Of a DNA stretch of 64,000 bases, positions 49,854 to 58,722 are shown in pieces. Under the pieces are notes generated by a model that was given only the letters and a program-made list of their open reading frames with translations, ran no database searches and was not told the DNA's origin. Numbering within the stretch: position 1 is the first letter of the stretch; each line of letters begins with the position of its first letter. The DNA is taken from the NCBI GenBank assembly GCA_963777505.1, contig CAVZQN010000004.1:608001-672000 (forward strand). Direction: 5' to 3'. A program made the translations under genes and the position numbers. Origin of the DNA: an uncultured bacterium (GTDB lineage: Bacteria; Acidobacteriota; HRBIN11; JAKEFK01).

Positions 49854-51869
49854 CTAGCTAATCCGTAGCTTTCCTTCAGTTGCTTTTTCGATAATCGATT
49901 CGGCATCAAGTACAAGAATCGGTTTTTGTTCGCCTATTTCAGCAGCTCCGGCTATCCCAGGAATATTTTTTAACTTTTCACCCATCGTCTTGATTACAAT
50001 TTCCTGCTGACCAAGCATTTCTTCTACAACCAAACCTGCGCGTTGTTCCCCCATGTTTACGATAACAGCAAAGAATTTATCGCGATGATTGGTGTTGTCG
50101 AGGTGGAATACATCGCTGACACGGATCAATGGGACAGTCCGGTCGCGCAAATAAAAAACTTCCTTCCGGTCTACAGTGCGGATTTCCGATTTTTGAATTC
50201 GTACTGTTTCGGACACTGAACTCAGCGGCACTGCATATTTACGGCCGGAAGTTCTGACAATCAAAGCCTGAATAATCGCAAGAGTAATTGGAAGAGTGAT
50301 CTCAAACCGTGTTCCTTTTCCATTCTCTGACGTTACATTAATTGTTCCTTTCAGCTGCGAAATATTTTTTTTCACAACATCAAGGCCTACCCCTCTGCCG
50401 GATAATTCCGTAATCTGATCTGAAGAGGTAAATCCCGGACTGAAGATAAGATCGATGCATTCTTTCATATCGATCGTATGATCTTTCGGGATCAATCCGC
50501 GTTTGCGAGCAAGCTCCTGAACTTTCTTGATTTGAATCCCGCGTCCATCATCTTGAATCTGAATCACAACATTATTTCCGCGTTGGAAGGCATTTAATTG
50601 AATGGAGCCTGCTTCGGGCTTCCCGTGCCTTTTTCTTTCTTCAGGAGATTCGATCCCATGATCGATTGCGTTCCTGATAATATGCATCAAAGGATCGGAA
50701 AGTTGCTCGATCAGAATTTTGTCAAGTTCGGTGTCTTCACCCGAGAAAGTCAGTTCAATCTGTTTGTTCGTTTCACGCGATAATTTGCGGATGATTCTGC
50801 CTAACTTGTTATAGATTTGTCCGATCGAAACAAGCCTGATTTCTATAACACTCCGCTGAAGCTCGTTTAATTTTTTTTCAAGTTCTGCTGCTGAACGAAA
50901 CAGCGAAAGTCCGGCTGCTGAACTAGCCTGAGTAGAAGTAATTTGCCGGCTGAGGTTTGTAATAATTGTTTTAACAATAACAAGCTCGCCAATAATGTTT
51001 ATGACTTCATCAAGCTTTTGAATATCAACCCTGACTGTGTGCGAAAGACTCTTCAGGCTGTCATCGACAACTTTTTCAACTTCCTGTTGTTGTTCTGTGG
51101 GTGTGAGAATTTGAGCTATCTTCTTTCGGATGCTTGTGATTTCGAGATCATCTCTTCCTAGAACCTGCGCCATCTCTCGTTCACTTTCAGTTGTTCCAAA
51201 AATCAAACGGAACACCATGAAATTCGGTCCGGCGCTCATGTCGAAAGAAGGAAGTGTAGAAATAATTTCGCCGTGATTGGCCAGGATTTCTGTGATGGAA
51301 CGGAGTTCTTGATCAAACGTGGAGCTATCAAGCATCAAACGGATATTGAATAGATTTAAATCCCGTTTTACATTTTCACGAAGCCGGTGCTCTTCATACT
51401 CGGTAAAAGACTTGATCGTCTGTTCATCAAGATTTAATTCAGAGAGGCCTGATTCTTGAAGTTGCGTCTGTCCCGAAACCAGCTCATTAATTTTTCGCAG
51501 GAGGCTTGAGGGATCACTCTGCTCTGTACCCGACTTGCTGACTTCATTTACCATCCGGTTCAACAAATCTATTGCCTGAAATAACAGGTCCACACTGGCC
51601 GCGGTTAATTGAAGTTTGCCGAGCCTTAAACGATCCAGTGTATTTTCAAGTTCGTGAGTGAAACTTGAAATTGTTTCGAATCCCACCATTCCAGAAATTC
51701 CTTTCAAAGAGTGGAATTCGCGGAAAATTTTGTTGATCAGTTCCGGTTTAACTGCATTTGTATGAACACCAGTTTCAAGCTGCTGTATATCAATCGCAAG
51801 AGATTCAAGGATTTCTTCCGCTTCGCTGATGAATTCTTTCTTGCTTGTTTCTTTTTCTTTTTTCGGCAT
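49854..51869 (-). CDS. cheA: Chemotaxis histidine kinase
   Basis: Hpt FHSLKG, HIIRNAIDHG, DDGRG, SGRGVGLDVV and a C-terminal CheW domain. Confidence 0.95.
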   Translation of the reverse strand: MPKKEKETSKKEFISEAEEILESLAIDIQQLETGVHTNAVKPELINKIFREFHSLKGISGMVGFETISSFTHELENTLDRLRLGKLQLTAASVDLLFQAIDLLNRMVNEVSKSGTEQSDPSSLLRKINELVSGQTQLQESGLSELNLDEQTIKSFTEYEEHRLRENVKRDLNLFNIRLMLDSSTFDQELRSITEILANHGEIISTLPSFDMSAGPNFMVFRLIFGTTESEREMAQVLGRDDLEITSIRKKIAQILTPTEQQQEVEKVVDDSLKSLSHTVRVDIQKLDEVINIIGELVIVKTIITNLSRQITSTQASSAAGLSLFRSAAELEKKLNELQRSVIEIRLVSIGQIYNKLGRIIRKLSRETNKQIELTFSGEDTELDKILIEQLSDPLMHIIRNAIDHGIESPEERKRHGKPEAGSIQLNAFQRGNNVVIQIQDDGRGIQIKKVQELARKRGLIPKDHTIDMKECIDLIFSPGFTSSDQITELSGRGVGLDVVKKNISQLKGTINVTSENGKGTRFEITLPITLAIIQALIVRTSGRKYAVPLSSVSETVRIQKSEIRTVDRKEVFYLRDRTVPLIRVSDVFHLDNTNHRDKFFAVIVNMGEQRAGLVVEEMLGQQEIVIKTMGEKLKNIPGIAGAAEIGEQKPILVLDAESIIEKATEGKLRIS

Positions 51870-52237
51870 TAGATATTCAAAAGTCTCCGGATAATCGACT
51901 GCAGCTCTCCAGGCTCAAAGGGTTTTGTTACGTATTCATCGGCGCCGAGTTCCATGCCGCGCTGACGATCTGCTTCGCTTTTTTCTGTTGAGATAATCAC
52001 GACCGGAATTTCTTTGTACAGAGGATGGTTTTTTAAGAAGCTGAGAAGCTCGAGTCCATTAATGTCGGGCATATTGATGTCGGTCAAAATGATGTCGAAA
52101 CTTTCTTGAGGTAGGGCTTTTAGAGCTTCAAAGCCATTGGCGACTTCAACGGAACGGATATTCCGAAGATTTTCAAGTGACGAAACGATGATCCCCCGCA
52201 TAGTCGGGGAATCTTCAACAACGAGCGCTGTTTTCAA
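51869..52237 (-). CDS. cheY: CheY-like single-domain response regulator
   Basis: VVEDS, TDINMPD and TKPF. Confidence 0.85.
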   Translation of the reverse strand: MKTALVVEDSPTMRGIIVSSLENLRNIRSVEVANGFEALKALPQESFDIILTDINMPDINGLELLSFLKNHPLYKEIPVVIISTEKSEADRQRGMELGADEYVTKPFEPGELQSIIRRLLNI

Positions 52238-52244
52238 AAACGCC

Positions 52245-54065
52245 TCATCGAAACTTTAGCGTATCTATTTTACGTTGCAGCACTGCGTTTTCCATAGCCA
52301 TTCCTGCCTGAACAATGAATATTTCCAGGGCTTCAAGGTCCTTAATCGGGCGTTTGGTTACTGCATTATCTCCGTACAACAACGCGATCACTTCGGTGCC
52401 GGTTGTGAGCGGAATCATCGCTATTGAAGTAGGCATCAGACGTCCGGTCATCTGAATCAACATCCTGTTCACGGGTGTATCACCCAGCTTACCGATGTGA
52501 GTTTGTTTTTTACGTATAACTCTCGAAAAAATTGAATCTTCTTTCAGCGAGAATTTAATTCGTCTGACTTTTATAGGCATACTATCTGCATCACCTGTAT
52601 CCCCGAATCCGCCGAGTCCGTTGACTTCATCTTTTTTGACAAGGAACAAAAGTCCTCGATCGAAAAATTCGGCCGCATAACGCAGGATCAAAAGCGAAAT
52701 TTCAGGAGCCTCACTAGGATTTCGCAATTGCTGAATGATTTCATGCAAGGCTGCCATTTGCCGCATCATGTTTGTTGCAGAAACATTCGGAGCATCCGCG
52801 GAACTTTCAATTCCAAGATCGCTCCAAAAGTCTTCCCCAAGTTCTGATTGCTTGATTTGATGAGGTGGCTGCCGAAACGCTTCAACTAATGCATCTGTAA
52901 ATTTAGAAAGGACAGTCTCCAGATCTCTCATCGAGGCTTTATGGATGTTTGGTTTTTTGTGAAATTGATGAACACCAAGACCAAAAGCTCGAGTTTGCGC
53001 TTTAGGATCATCGAAGTCATTGATCACAATTATTGGAATTGAGCTGTTCATACGACGGACTGCTTCGACAATTTCAAGTCCACCAAGATAACCGTTGCCG
53101 ACAGTTGTGGGCATCACAAGATCGGAAATGATCCAGGGATTCCGCTTTTCTTCTACTAATAAATTTACAATTCGGATTGCCTCTGCTGGACCATCTGCCA
53201 GCAGTACGTCAAAGCCTTTTTCAATTAACCGTTTCGCAAGAATTTGTCGAATTAATGCTTCATCATCAATGATCAAAACGAGCTGCTTTACGGCTGTTGC
53301 AGGCGTTGGAAGCGGTGTAATTGCAACCGGCTGGGCATTTACAGGAATCTCAATTTGATCAGCAATTTGATCGAAGTCTATATCAGGGAATTCGGCTGTT
53401 TCTGGCAGTTGAAGATCTGCAAGTCTTACATCAGAAGATTCATCTGCCTTTGATTTCATTTCGTCATACGTCAGCACATCATCAAATTCCGGGACTGCTG
53501 GAATTTCCAAATCAACCGTTGTGTCTCTTTCCTGGTCTTGCAGATCTTCATCACGCCGCTCTTCATCACTAAAGACTGCACTATCCAGTAAAAGTTGCTG
53601 TGGATTTAATCCACGCTCCAGCATTGTTTCCATCGGATTGTAGCGAATATCATCAAACGGAATAACTTCACTCAGATCAAAACTAAATTTTCCTTCGGAC
53701 ATGCTCATCAAATGATAGATCGTAGCCTTGATCTGATTTTGAATAATCTGCTGCAACTCCTGACGGTCGATAATTCCTGATTGCAATATGATCAAACCCA
53801 ATGGTTCATTGCCACGGGCTTTTTGTAGATTCAAAAGTTCTTGAAGGCGGGACGAAGTAACAAGCTGACGTTCCAAAAGAACCTGACCAAGGTTCTTAAT
53901 TTTTGGCGAAGGACATGCTGCGCTTATGATCAAGCCATGTTTAAAAACGATTATGTTTTTGCCCTCTTCGGTTTCGATTGTAAGAATGCCCGTACGTTTA
54001 CTGAGGCTTACAATCTGCAGAATATCAGCTAAAGGAAGGTCTTCCAGATTTCCTACGAGACTCAT
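52245..54065 (-). CDS. DUF4388/PATAN + receiver + GAF-like signalling protein
   Basis: GNLEDLPLADILQ, LGQVLL, IIDDE...SDLVMP and ALLYGDN. Confidence 0.82.
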   Translation of the reverse strand: MSLVGNLEDLPLADILQIVSLSKRTGILTIETEEGKNIIVFKHGLIISAACPSPKIKNLGQVLLERQLVTSSRLQELLNLQKARGNEPLGLIILQSGIIDRQELQQIIQNQIKATIYHLMSMSEGKFSFDLSEVIPFDDIRYNPMETMLERGLNPQQLLLDSAVFSDEERRDEDLQDQERDTTVDLEIPAVPEFDDVLTYDEMKSKADESSDVRLADLQLPETAEFPDIDFDQIADQIEIPVNAQPVAITPLPTPATAVKQLVLIIDDEALIRQILAKRLIEKGFDVLLADGPAEAIRIVNLLVEEKRNPWIISDLVMPTTVGNGYLGGLEIVEAVRRMNSSIPIIVINDFDDPKAQTRAFGLGVHQFHKKPNIHKASMRDLETVLSKFTDALVEAFRQPPHQIKQSELGEDFWSDLGIESSADAPNVSATNMMRQMAALHEIIQQLRNPSEAPEISLLILRYAAEFFDRGLLFLVKKDEVNGLGGFGDTGDADSMPIKVRRIKFSLKEDSIFSRVIRKKQTHIGKLGDTPVNRMLIQMTGRLMPTSIAMIPLTTGTEVIALLYGDNAVTKRPIKDLEALEIFIVQAGMAMENAVLQRKIDTLKFR

Positions 54066-54484
54066 GACGCGCGCTGAGAAGAATTTTCTACTATCTTCTG
54101 ATGGATACTGTCTAAAACTCCATTAATAAATGTAGCAGAATCGCTGGTTCCGAATTTCTTTGCAATTTCAATTGCTTCATTAATCACGACACGCGCCGGC
54201 ACAGATTGTTCTGCCATCAATTCAAAAGTGCCGAGTCGAAGGATATTCCGATCTGTAACAGCCATTCGATCAATTTTCCAATGGCTTGAATGTGAAGAAA
54301 TCAGTTCGTCTATTTCGTTCTGTTTTTCAAGAGTCCCGTGTACAAGAGAAGTTGCATACGTCATGACTTCTGATTTTGCTGAATGTAATTCCCAAAATAC
54401 TTTCAAAAATTCTTCCACAGGTGCTGGATTCAAATCGAGTGCATAAAGGATTTGAACCGTGTATTCACGCGCCTTGCGTCTCAT
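54062..54484 (-). CDS. nusB: Transcription antitermination factor
   Basis: RRKARE, DRNILRL, INEAIEIAK and FINGVLD. Confidence 0.96.
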   Translation of the reverse strand: MRRKAREYTVQILYALDLNPAPVEEFLKVFWELHSAKSEVMTYATSLVHGTLEKQNEIDELISSHSSHWKIDRMAVTDRNILRLGTFELMAEQSVPARVVINEAIEIAKKFGTSDSATFINGVLDSIHQKIVENSSQRAS

Positions 54485-54960
54485 CGCATCAGCTCCTGAG
54501 ATTTCTTAAACAAAGTTGCCATCTCAACTGCAGTCCTCGCTGCTTCCCAGCCTTTATTTTCCGATTGTTTGCCGGAACGTTCCATTGCTTGTTCAACAGT
54601 GTCCGCAGTGATAACACCAAATGCAACAGGGATGCTAAAGTCAGCCGCCACCTGTTGAATTCCTCGCGCACATTGCTCACTGATCAACTCGAAATGAAAG
54701 GTTTCTCCGCGCAATACAGCTCCTAAACAAATGATTGCATCATATGTGCCTGATTCCGCAACTTTACGTGCCATTTGAGGAATCTCAAATGAACCAGGTA
54801 CGCGATAGACAATCACTTGTTCCTCCTGTGCCCCAATCGTGGCCAAAGCCTCGATAGCACCTTGCAAAAGTCTGTCCGTGATAGAAGAGTTGAATCGGCT
54901 AATTACAATTGCCAGACGAAGACCTTGTGCTGCGACATCACCTTCGATTACACTTGGCAT
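54481..54960 (-). CDS. ribH: 6,7-dimethyl-8-ribityllumazine synthase
   Basis: SRFN, VPGSFEIP, RGETFHF and NKGWEAA. Confidence 0.96.
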   Translation of the reverse strand: MPSVIEGDVAAQGLRLAIVISRFNSSITDRLLQGAIEALATIGAQEEQVIVYRVPGSFEIPQMARKVAESGTYDAIICLGAVLRGETFHFELISEQCARGIQQVAADFSIPVAFGVITADTVEQAMERSGKQSENKGWEAARTAVEMATLFKKSQELMR

Positions 54961-55045
54961 TCTTTTCTCTTCTATCTCTAGACAAAGTAACCCCCATTAT
55001 TGTATCCGATTTTCTGCAAATTCAAGGAAAACCACGGCTTCAGAC

Positions 55046-55074
55046 TTGCCGGTAGTGATGGGTCTGGCTATAAT
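55046..55074 (+). promoter_or_regulatory. Sigma70-like promoter of the iscA/erpA gene
   Basis: TTGCCG-N17-TATAAT; AGGAGG RBS downstream. Confidence 0.65.
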
Positions 55075-55102
55075 TAGGGTTTTAGCAAGGAGGAAGGAAA
55101 CG

Positions 55103-55426
55103 ATGTTTCAAGTTACTGAAGGGGCCGCCAAGGAAATACAGAATTTAATGGGTCAATATCAAAATCCTGAACTGGCTCTTCGTATTCGTGTTGTTGCAGG
55201 TGGCTGCTCCGGGTTCTCCTACGATCTTGCGTTTGATGATCAAATTCAGACATCCGACAAGATCTTTGATTCGAATGGAGTCAAAGTTGTCATCGACGAG
55301 AGGAGTTTTCCTCATCTTGAGGGAACCCAGCTTGATTTCGTAGACACAATGCTTGGCCGTGGATTTACATTTAATAATCCGCAAGCTAAGTCTTCGTGCG
55401 GTTGCGGCTCTTCTTTTAGCACATAA
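55103..55426 (+). CDS. HesB/IscA/ErpA Fe-S cluster carrier
   Basis: GGCSGFSY and NPQAKSSCGCGSSF; real start at 55103. Confidence 0.93.
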   Translation: MFQVTEGAAKEIQNLMGQYQNPELALRIRVVAGGCSGFSYDLAFDDQIQTSDKIFDSNGVKVVIDERSFPHLEGTQLDFVDTMLGRGFTFNNPQAKSSCGCGSSFST

Positions 55427-55448
55427 ACCAAATTTGAATTGCAATTTT

Positions 55449-55482
55449 GGCCGCTGATGGCGTAAGCGTCGGCGGCCTTTTT
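55449..55482 (+). terminator. Intrinsic terminator candidate
   Basis: GGCCGCTGATG-loop-CGTCGGCGGCC followed by a T run. Confidence 0.65.
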
Positions 55483-55490
55483 AATTTCTA

Positions 55491-55540
55491 GTAGGAGCCG
55501 CCCTTGTGGCGGCCCGGGCGACCACAAGGGTCGCCCCTAC
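55491..55540. repeat. GTAG-type REP doublet
   Basis: GTAGGAGCCGCCCTTGTGGCGGCCC followed by GGGCGACCACAAGGGTCGCCCCTAC. Confidence 0.8.
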
Positions 55541-55553
55541 CATTAGGAATTTG

Positions 55554-56279
55554 ATGCTCTGGTCAATTATTTATTCCACATTAGGTCAACTCGCTTCAGG
55601 AATTCTGATTTTTATAGCATTTGTTCCGCCATCAAAAATCGGTAAAGGCTTCGGGCGATTTCATGCGGGGCTTGCACTTGTATTGTGGATCCTTGCTTTT
55701 CGAGGCAATTTTGGTCCTATTCCATTTTTACTAATTTCCTGTTTGTTATTGACTTTGCTTTTCGCATGGCATGATTTCATGTACTACTCTTTTCTCGCAT
55801 GTTCCATCGTTCTTTCTTTAAGCGCTCTTATGCAGCGTGATCTCGCAGCCATGGGAATATTCGGAGCATTATTAGTTCACTTGCCTCCCGCACTGGTACT
55901 TGGCGCGAGTTCAGTTGCAATGCTGCTAGGACACTGGTATCTTGTTGCTCCCAAACTCCCGATCTCGTATTTGAAAGTTCTCACAATCGCATTAATCGTC
56001 ACAATTCTTATCCGTTCGGGAATTCTTGTACAAGGTTTGCTTCAGAATGGTGAACAGTTGGAAGTTCTAAGATTTTTTGAACGATATGGAATGTTTTTCT
56101 GGCAGCGCGTTATTTTAGGACTCGTCATTACATTTGTTCTTTCGATACTGACATACTTTTGCGTTCGAATCCGTTCAACTCAATCTGCAACTGGAATCCT
56201 TTATGTAGTCCTTGTGTTTTGTTTAATCGGTGAAATCATTGCACATTATTTAAGCGTTAAAACAGGCCTTGTATTGTAA
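55554..56279 (+). CDS. Uncharacterised polytopic membrane protein
   Basis: Multiple TM segments; AMLLGHWYLVAP and STQSATGILYV. Confidence 0.7.
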   Translation: MLWSIIYSTLGQLASGILIFIAFVPPSKIGKGFGRFHAGLALVLWILAFRGNFGPIPFLLISCLLLTLLFAWHDFMYYSFLACSIVLSLSALMQRDLAAMGIFGALLVHLPPALVLGASSVAMLLGHWYLVAPKLPISYLKVLTIALIVTILIRSGILVQGLLQNGEQLEVLRFFERYGMFFWQRVILGLVITFVLSILTYFCVRIRSTQSATGILYVVLVFCLIGEIIAHYLSVKTGLVL

Positions 56280-56281
56280 AG

Positions 56282-56713
56282 ATGCTTGAAGTTGAATTCA
56301 TATGTATCCAGTGTAGAAACCGGACTTCCCTGGAACTGGAACAGCAGAACACGAATGTTAGTTGTCAGCATTGTGGAAAAGACTATGGAACCCCGGAAAC
56401 GTTTTCCACAGAAAAAGGAATTTCATATTGTGCTGTGTGTGGATGCCGGGATCTGTACACACAAAAGGATTTCAACAGAAAAACGGGACTTGCAATTGTA
56501 GCAATCGGAGCGATTCTAGCTCCGTTTACCAAGTTGATCAGCCTGTTTGTCTGTGCATTGATCGACCTGATTTTATATCGTTTGCTGCCTTTCATTACGG
56601 TTTGTTATCGTTGTAAAGGCATTTATCGCGGTTTTCCTGGCAATCTCGATCATCAAGGTTTTAATCTTGGAATTAACGATCGATACCGTTCAGCCGAAAG
56701 TAATGCAAAGTGA
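56282..56713 (+). CDS. Multi-CxxC (zinc-ribbon-like) membrane protein
   Basis: CIQC, CQHC, CAVC, a TM hairpin, then CYRC. Confidence 0.7.
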   Translation: MLEVEFICIQCRNRTSLELEQQNTNVSCQHCGKDYGTPETFSTEKGISYCAVCGCRDLYTQKDFNRKTGLAIVAIGAILAPFTKLISLFVCALIDLILYRLLPFITVCYRCKGIYRGFPGNLDHQGFNLGINDRYRSAESNAK

Positions 56714-56755
56714 TGCATTTTGTATGCTCAATGTCTTTGTGGTGAAATAGGTGCA

Positions 56756-57772
56756 ATGAAACAAGACGATTTCCCTGATCTTTCAATCGTAGTTCCTGTC
56801 TACAATGAACAAGAAAATGTTGAGGACCTGGTTGCAGCGATAACCGCTGCAATGCAGGACTACAAAGAAGAGTATGAAATTGTTCTGGTAGACGATGGGA
56901 GTACTGATGAATCTTTTGAGATTCTAAAACGGCTTGCGCGGGAAAACTTGAAGATCCGTTTAATTCGTTTTGGAATCAACTATGGACAGACAGCTGCTAT
57001 TTCCGCAGGGTTTAATCATTCTCGCGGCCGCATTTTGATCACGATGGATGCGGATCTTCAAAATGATCCAGCCGATGTTCCTGCATTAATTCAGAAAATG
57101 GAAGAAGGATGGGATGTTGTAAGCGGCTGGAGAAAAAATCGCTTTGATAAGTTTTTGACACGGCGCCTCCCTTCAATGATGGCAAATCGGCTTATCTCCT
57201 ACATAACAGGACTGAAGTTGAACGATTATGGTTGTACTTTGAAAGCATATCGTGGAGATGTTGCACGCCGCATTGAGTTATATGGCGAAATGCATCGTTT
57301 CATACCCGCTCTTGCAAGATGGATGGGTGCATCTGTAACTGAAATGGTGGTTCAGCATCACGCCCGAAAGAAAGGAATTTCCAAGTACGGGATTTCAAGA
57401 ACTCTTAAAGTTTTATTAGATCTTTTTGTTGTGAAGTTTTTAATGACATATTCAACTCAACCGATTCAGATTTTCGGCGGCCTTGGACTCCTCACGTTTT
57501 TCATTTCGCTGATTACAGCCGGACTCGTCATATTCCTTCGCGTTTTTGCCGGTGTAGATATGAGCGGTAATCCTTTGTTATATGCCTCTCTTTCTGGATT
57601 TATGTTGAGCGTCAATTTACTTTTGTTAGGCTTGATTGCTGAAATGCTGGCGCGCACATACCATGAATCTCAACGCAAGCCGATCTATGTAGTAAAAGAA
57701 GTAATTCAATATTCACATTCCGGACTTCTTTCGCAGATAGAGGAAGACGGATTACCTGCATCCCGGAAGTAG
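56756..57772 (+). CDS. GT2 polyprenol-phosphate glycosyltransferase (ArnC/GtrB-like)
   Basis: VVPVYNE, VDDGSTD, DADLQNDP, HRFIP and two C-terminal TM helices. Confidence 0.9.
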   Translation: MKQDDFPDLSIVVPVYNEQENVEDLVAAITAAMQDYKEEYEIVLVDDGSTDESFEILKRLARENLKIRLIRFGINYGQTAAISAGFNHSRGRILITMDADLQNDPADVPALIQKMEEGWDVVSGWRKNRFDKFLTRRLPSMMANRLISYITGLKLNDYGCTLKAYRGDVARRIELYGEMHRFIPALARWMGASVTEMVVQHHARKKGISKYGISRTLKVLLDLFVVKFLMTYSTQPIQIFGGLGLLTFFISLITAGLVIFLRVFAGVDMSGNPLLYASLSGFMLSVNLLLLGLIAEMLARTYHESQRKPIYVVKEVIQYSHSGLLSQIEEDGLPASRK

Positions 57773-57778
57773 TGCCGA

Positions 57779-58171
57779 ATGATTCTTTTTTTAACAAGCG
57801 CTTTTCAGTTGCGTTTGCGGCTCGGTTGGAAACCTGATTTAAAAGGATTCTTAATCGGAGAACGCAATTTATTTTTCTTTACACCAGAAACACTTGTTGA
57901 AGTTTCAACGATTGATATGCAGTCGATCGACTCGTTCCTTTCACGCAAATCGATTGGCGGTCGCTGGGAATTACTCGGGTTTCTGTCTCCCACTGAGCTT
58001 TCAGCCTTTCCCGGTTTTGCACAGATCAATACGTCAGGAGACGACAACCCTAAGAATTGGAAAGCATCAGTTTACTTAACGGGTGATAAGGGTGCTGAAG
58101 CCGTGCCGCTTGAAATTCGGGTAGCTGTTCTTGAAGGATCTGGCAAAAAAGATCCGGATGCCAAAACATGA
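57779..58171 (+). CDS. Hypothetical protein
   Basis: Fills the gap in the operon; ATGA overlap with amrA. Confidence 0.5.
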   Translation: MILFLTSAFQLRLRLGWKPDLKGFLIGERNLFFFTPETLVEVSTIDMQSIDSFLSRKSIGGRWELLGFLSPTELSAFPGFAQINTSGDDNPKNWKASVYLTGDKGAEAVPLEIRVAVLEGSGKKDPDAKT

Positions 58172-58722
58172 ACGACGATGAAAAAAAGCTGTCCTTGAGG
58201 CTCGCACGAGCGGCAATCGGCGAATTTCTTCAAAGCGGCCACGAAATTGAACCTCCTTCAGAATTATTCCTTCAAGAACCTAGAGGCGTATTTGTCAGCT
58301 TGAAAATGGATGGAGAATTGCGTGGTTGTATCGGTTATATGGAAGCCCTCATGCCGCTTGGAAGAGCAATCGTTCGATGCGGAATTCAATCGGCAACACA
58401 GGATCCGCGTTTTCCACCTTTGGCCTTAACTGAACTCGAGCTTGTGAAAGTTGAAATTTCAGTTTTAACTCCGCTGGAGAAAATAGATAATCCTGAAGAT
58501 GTAAAAGTAGGAGTGCATGGGATTGTTGTTTCAGCAGGGAATAGACGCGGGCTTTTACTTCCACAGGTTCCAGAGGAATATGGTTGGGATCGCGAAACAT
58601 TCCTGAAATATGGAAGCCGTAAAGCAGGATTGCCGGACGATGCATGGCAACATCCGGATACATCAATTTATGTTTTTTCCGCTGAAGTCTTTAGAGAAAG
58701 AGATTACCTGGACGCCGTCTGA
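58168..58722 (+). CDS. amrA: AMMECR1-family protein (AmmeMemoRadiSam protein A)
   Basis: GVFVSL...LRGCIG, DPRF, EISVLT, LLLPQV and KAG. Confidence 0.9.
   Translation: MNDDEKKLSLRLARAAIGEFLQSGHEIEPPSELFLQEPRGVFVSLKMDGELRGCIGYMEALMPLGRAIVRCGIQSATQDPRFPPLALTELELVKVEISVLTPLEKIDNPEDVKVGVHGIVVSAGNRRGLLLPQVPEEYGWDRETFLKYGSRKAGLPDDAWQHPDTSIYVFSAEVFRERDYLDAV

Noticed and set aside
54961-55102. FMN riboswitch upstream of ribH
   Set aside because: Short divergent promoter region without RFN consensus.
54839-55553. N-terminal extensions of the iscA/erpA ORF (54839) and membrane protein ORF (55506)
   Set aside because: They overlap ribH antisense/promoter sequence and a REP element; better starts are at 55103 and 55554.
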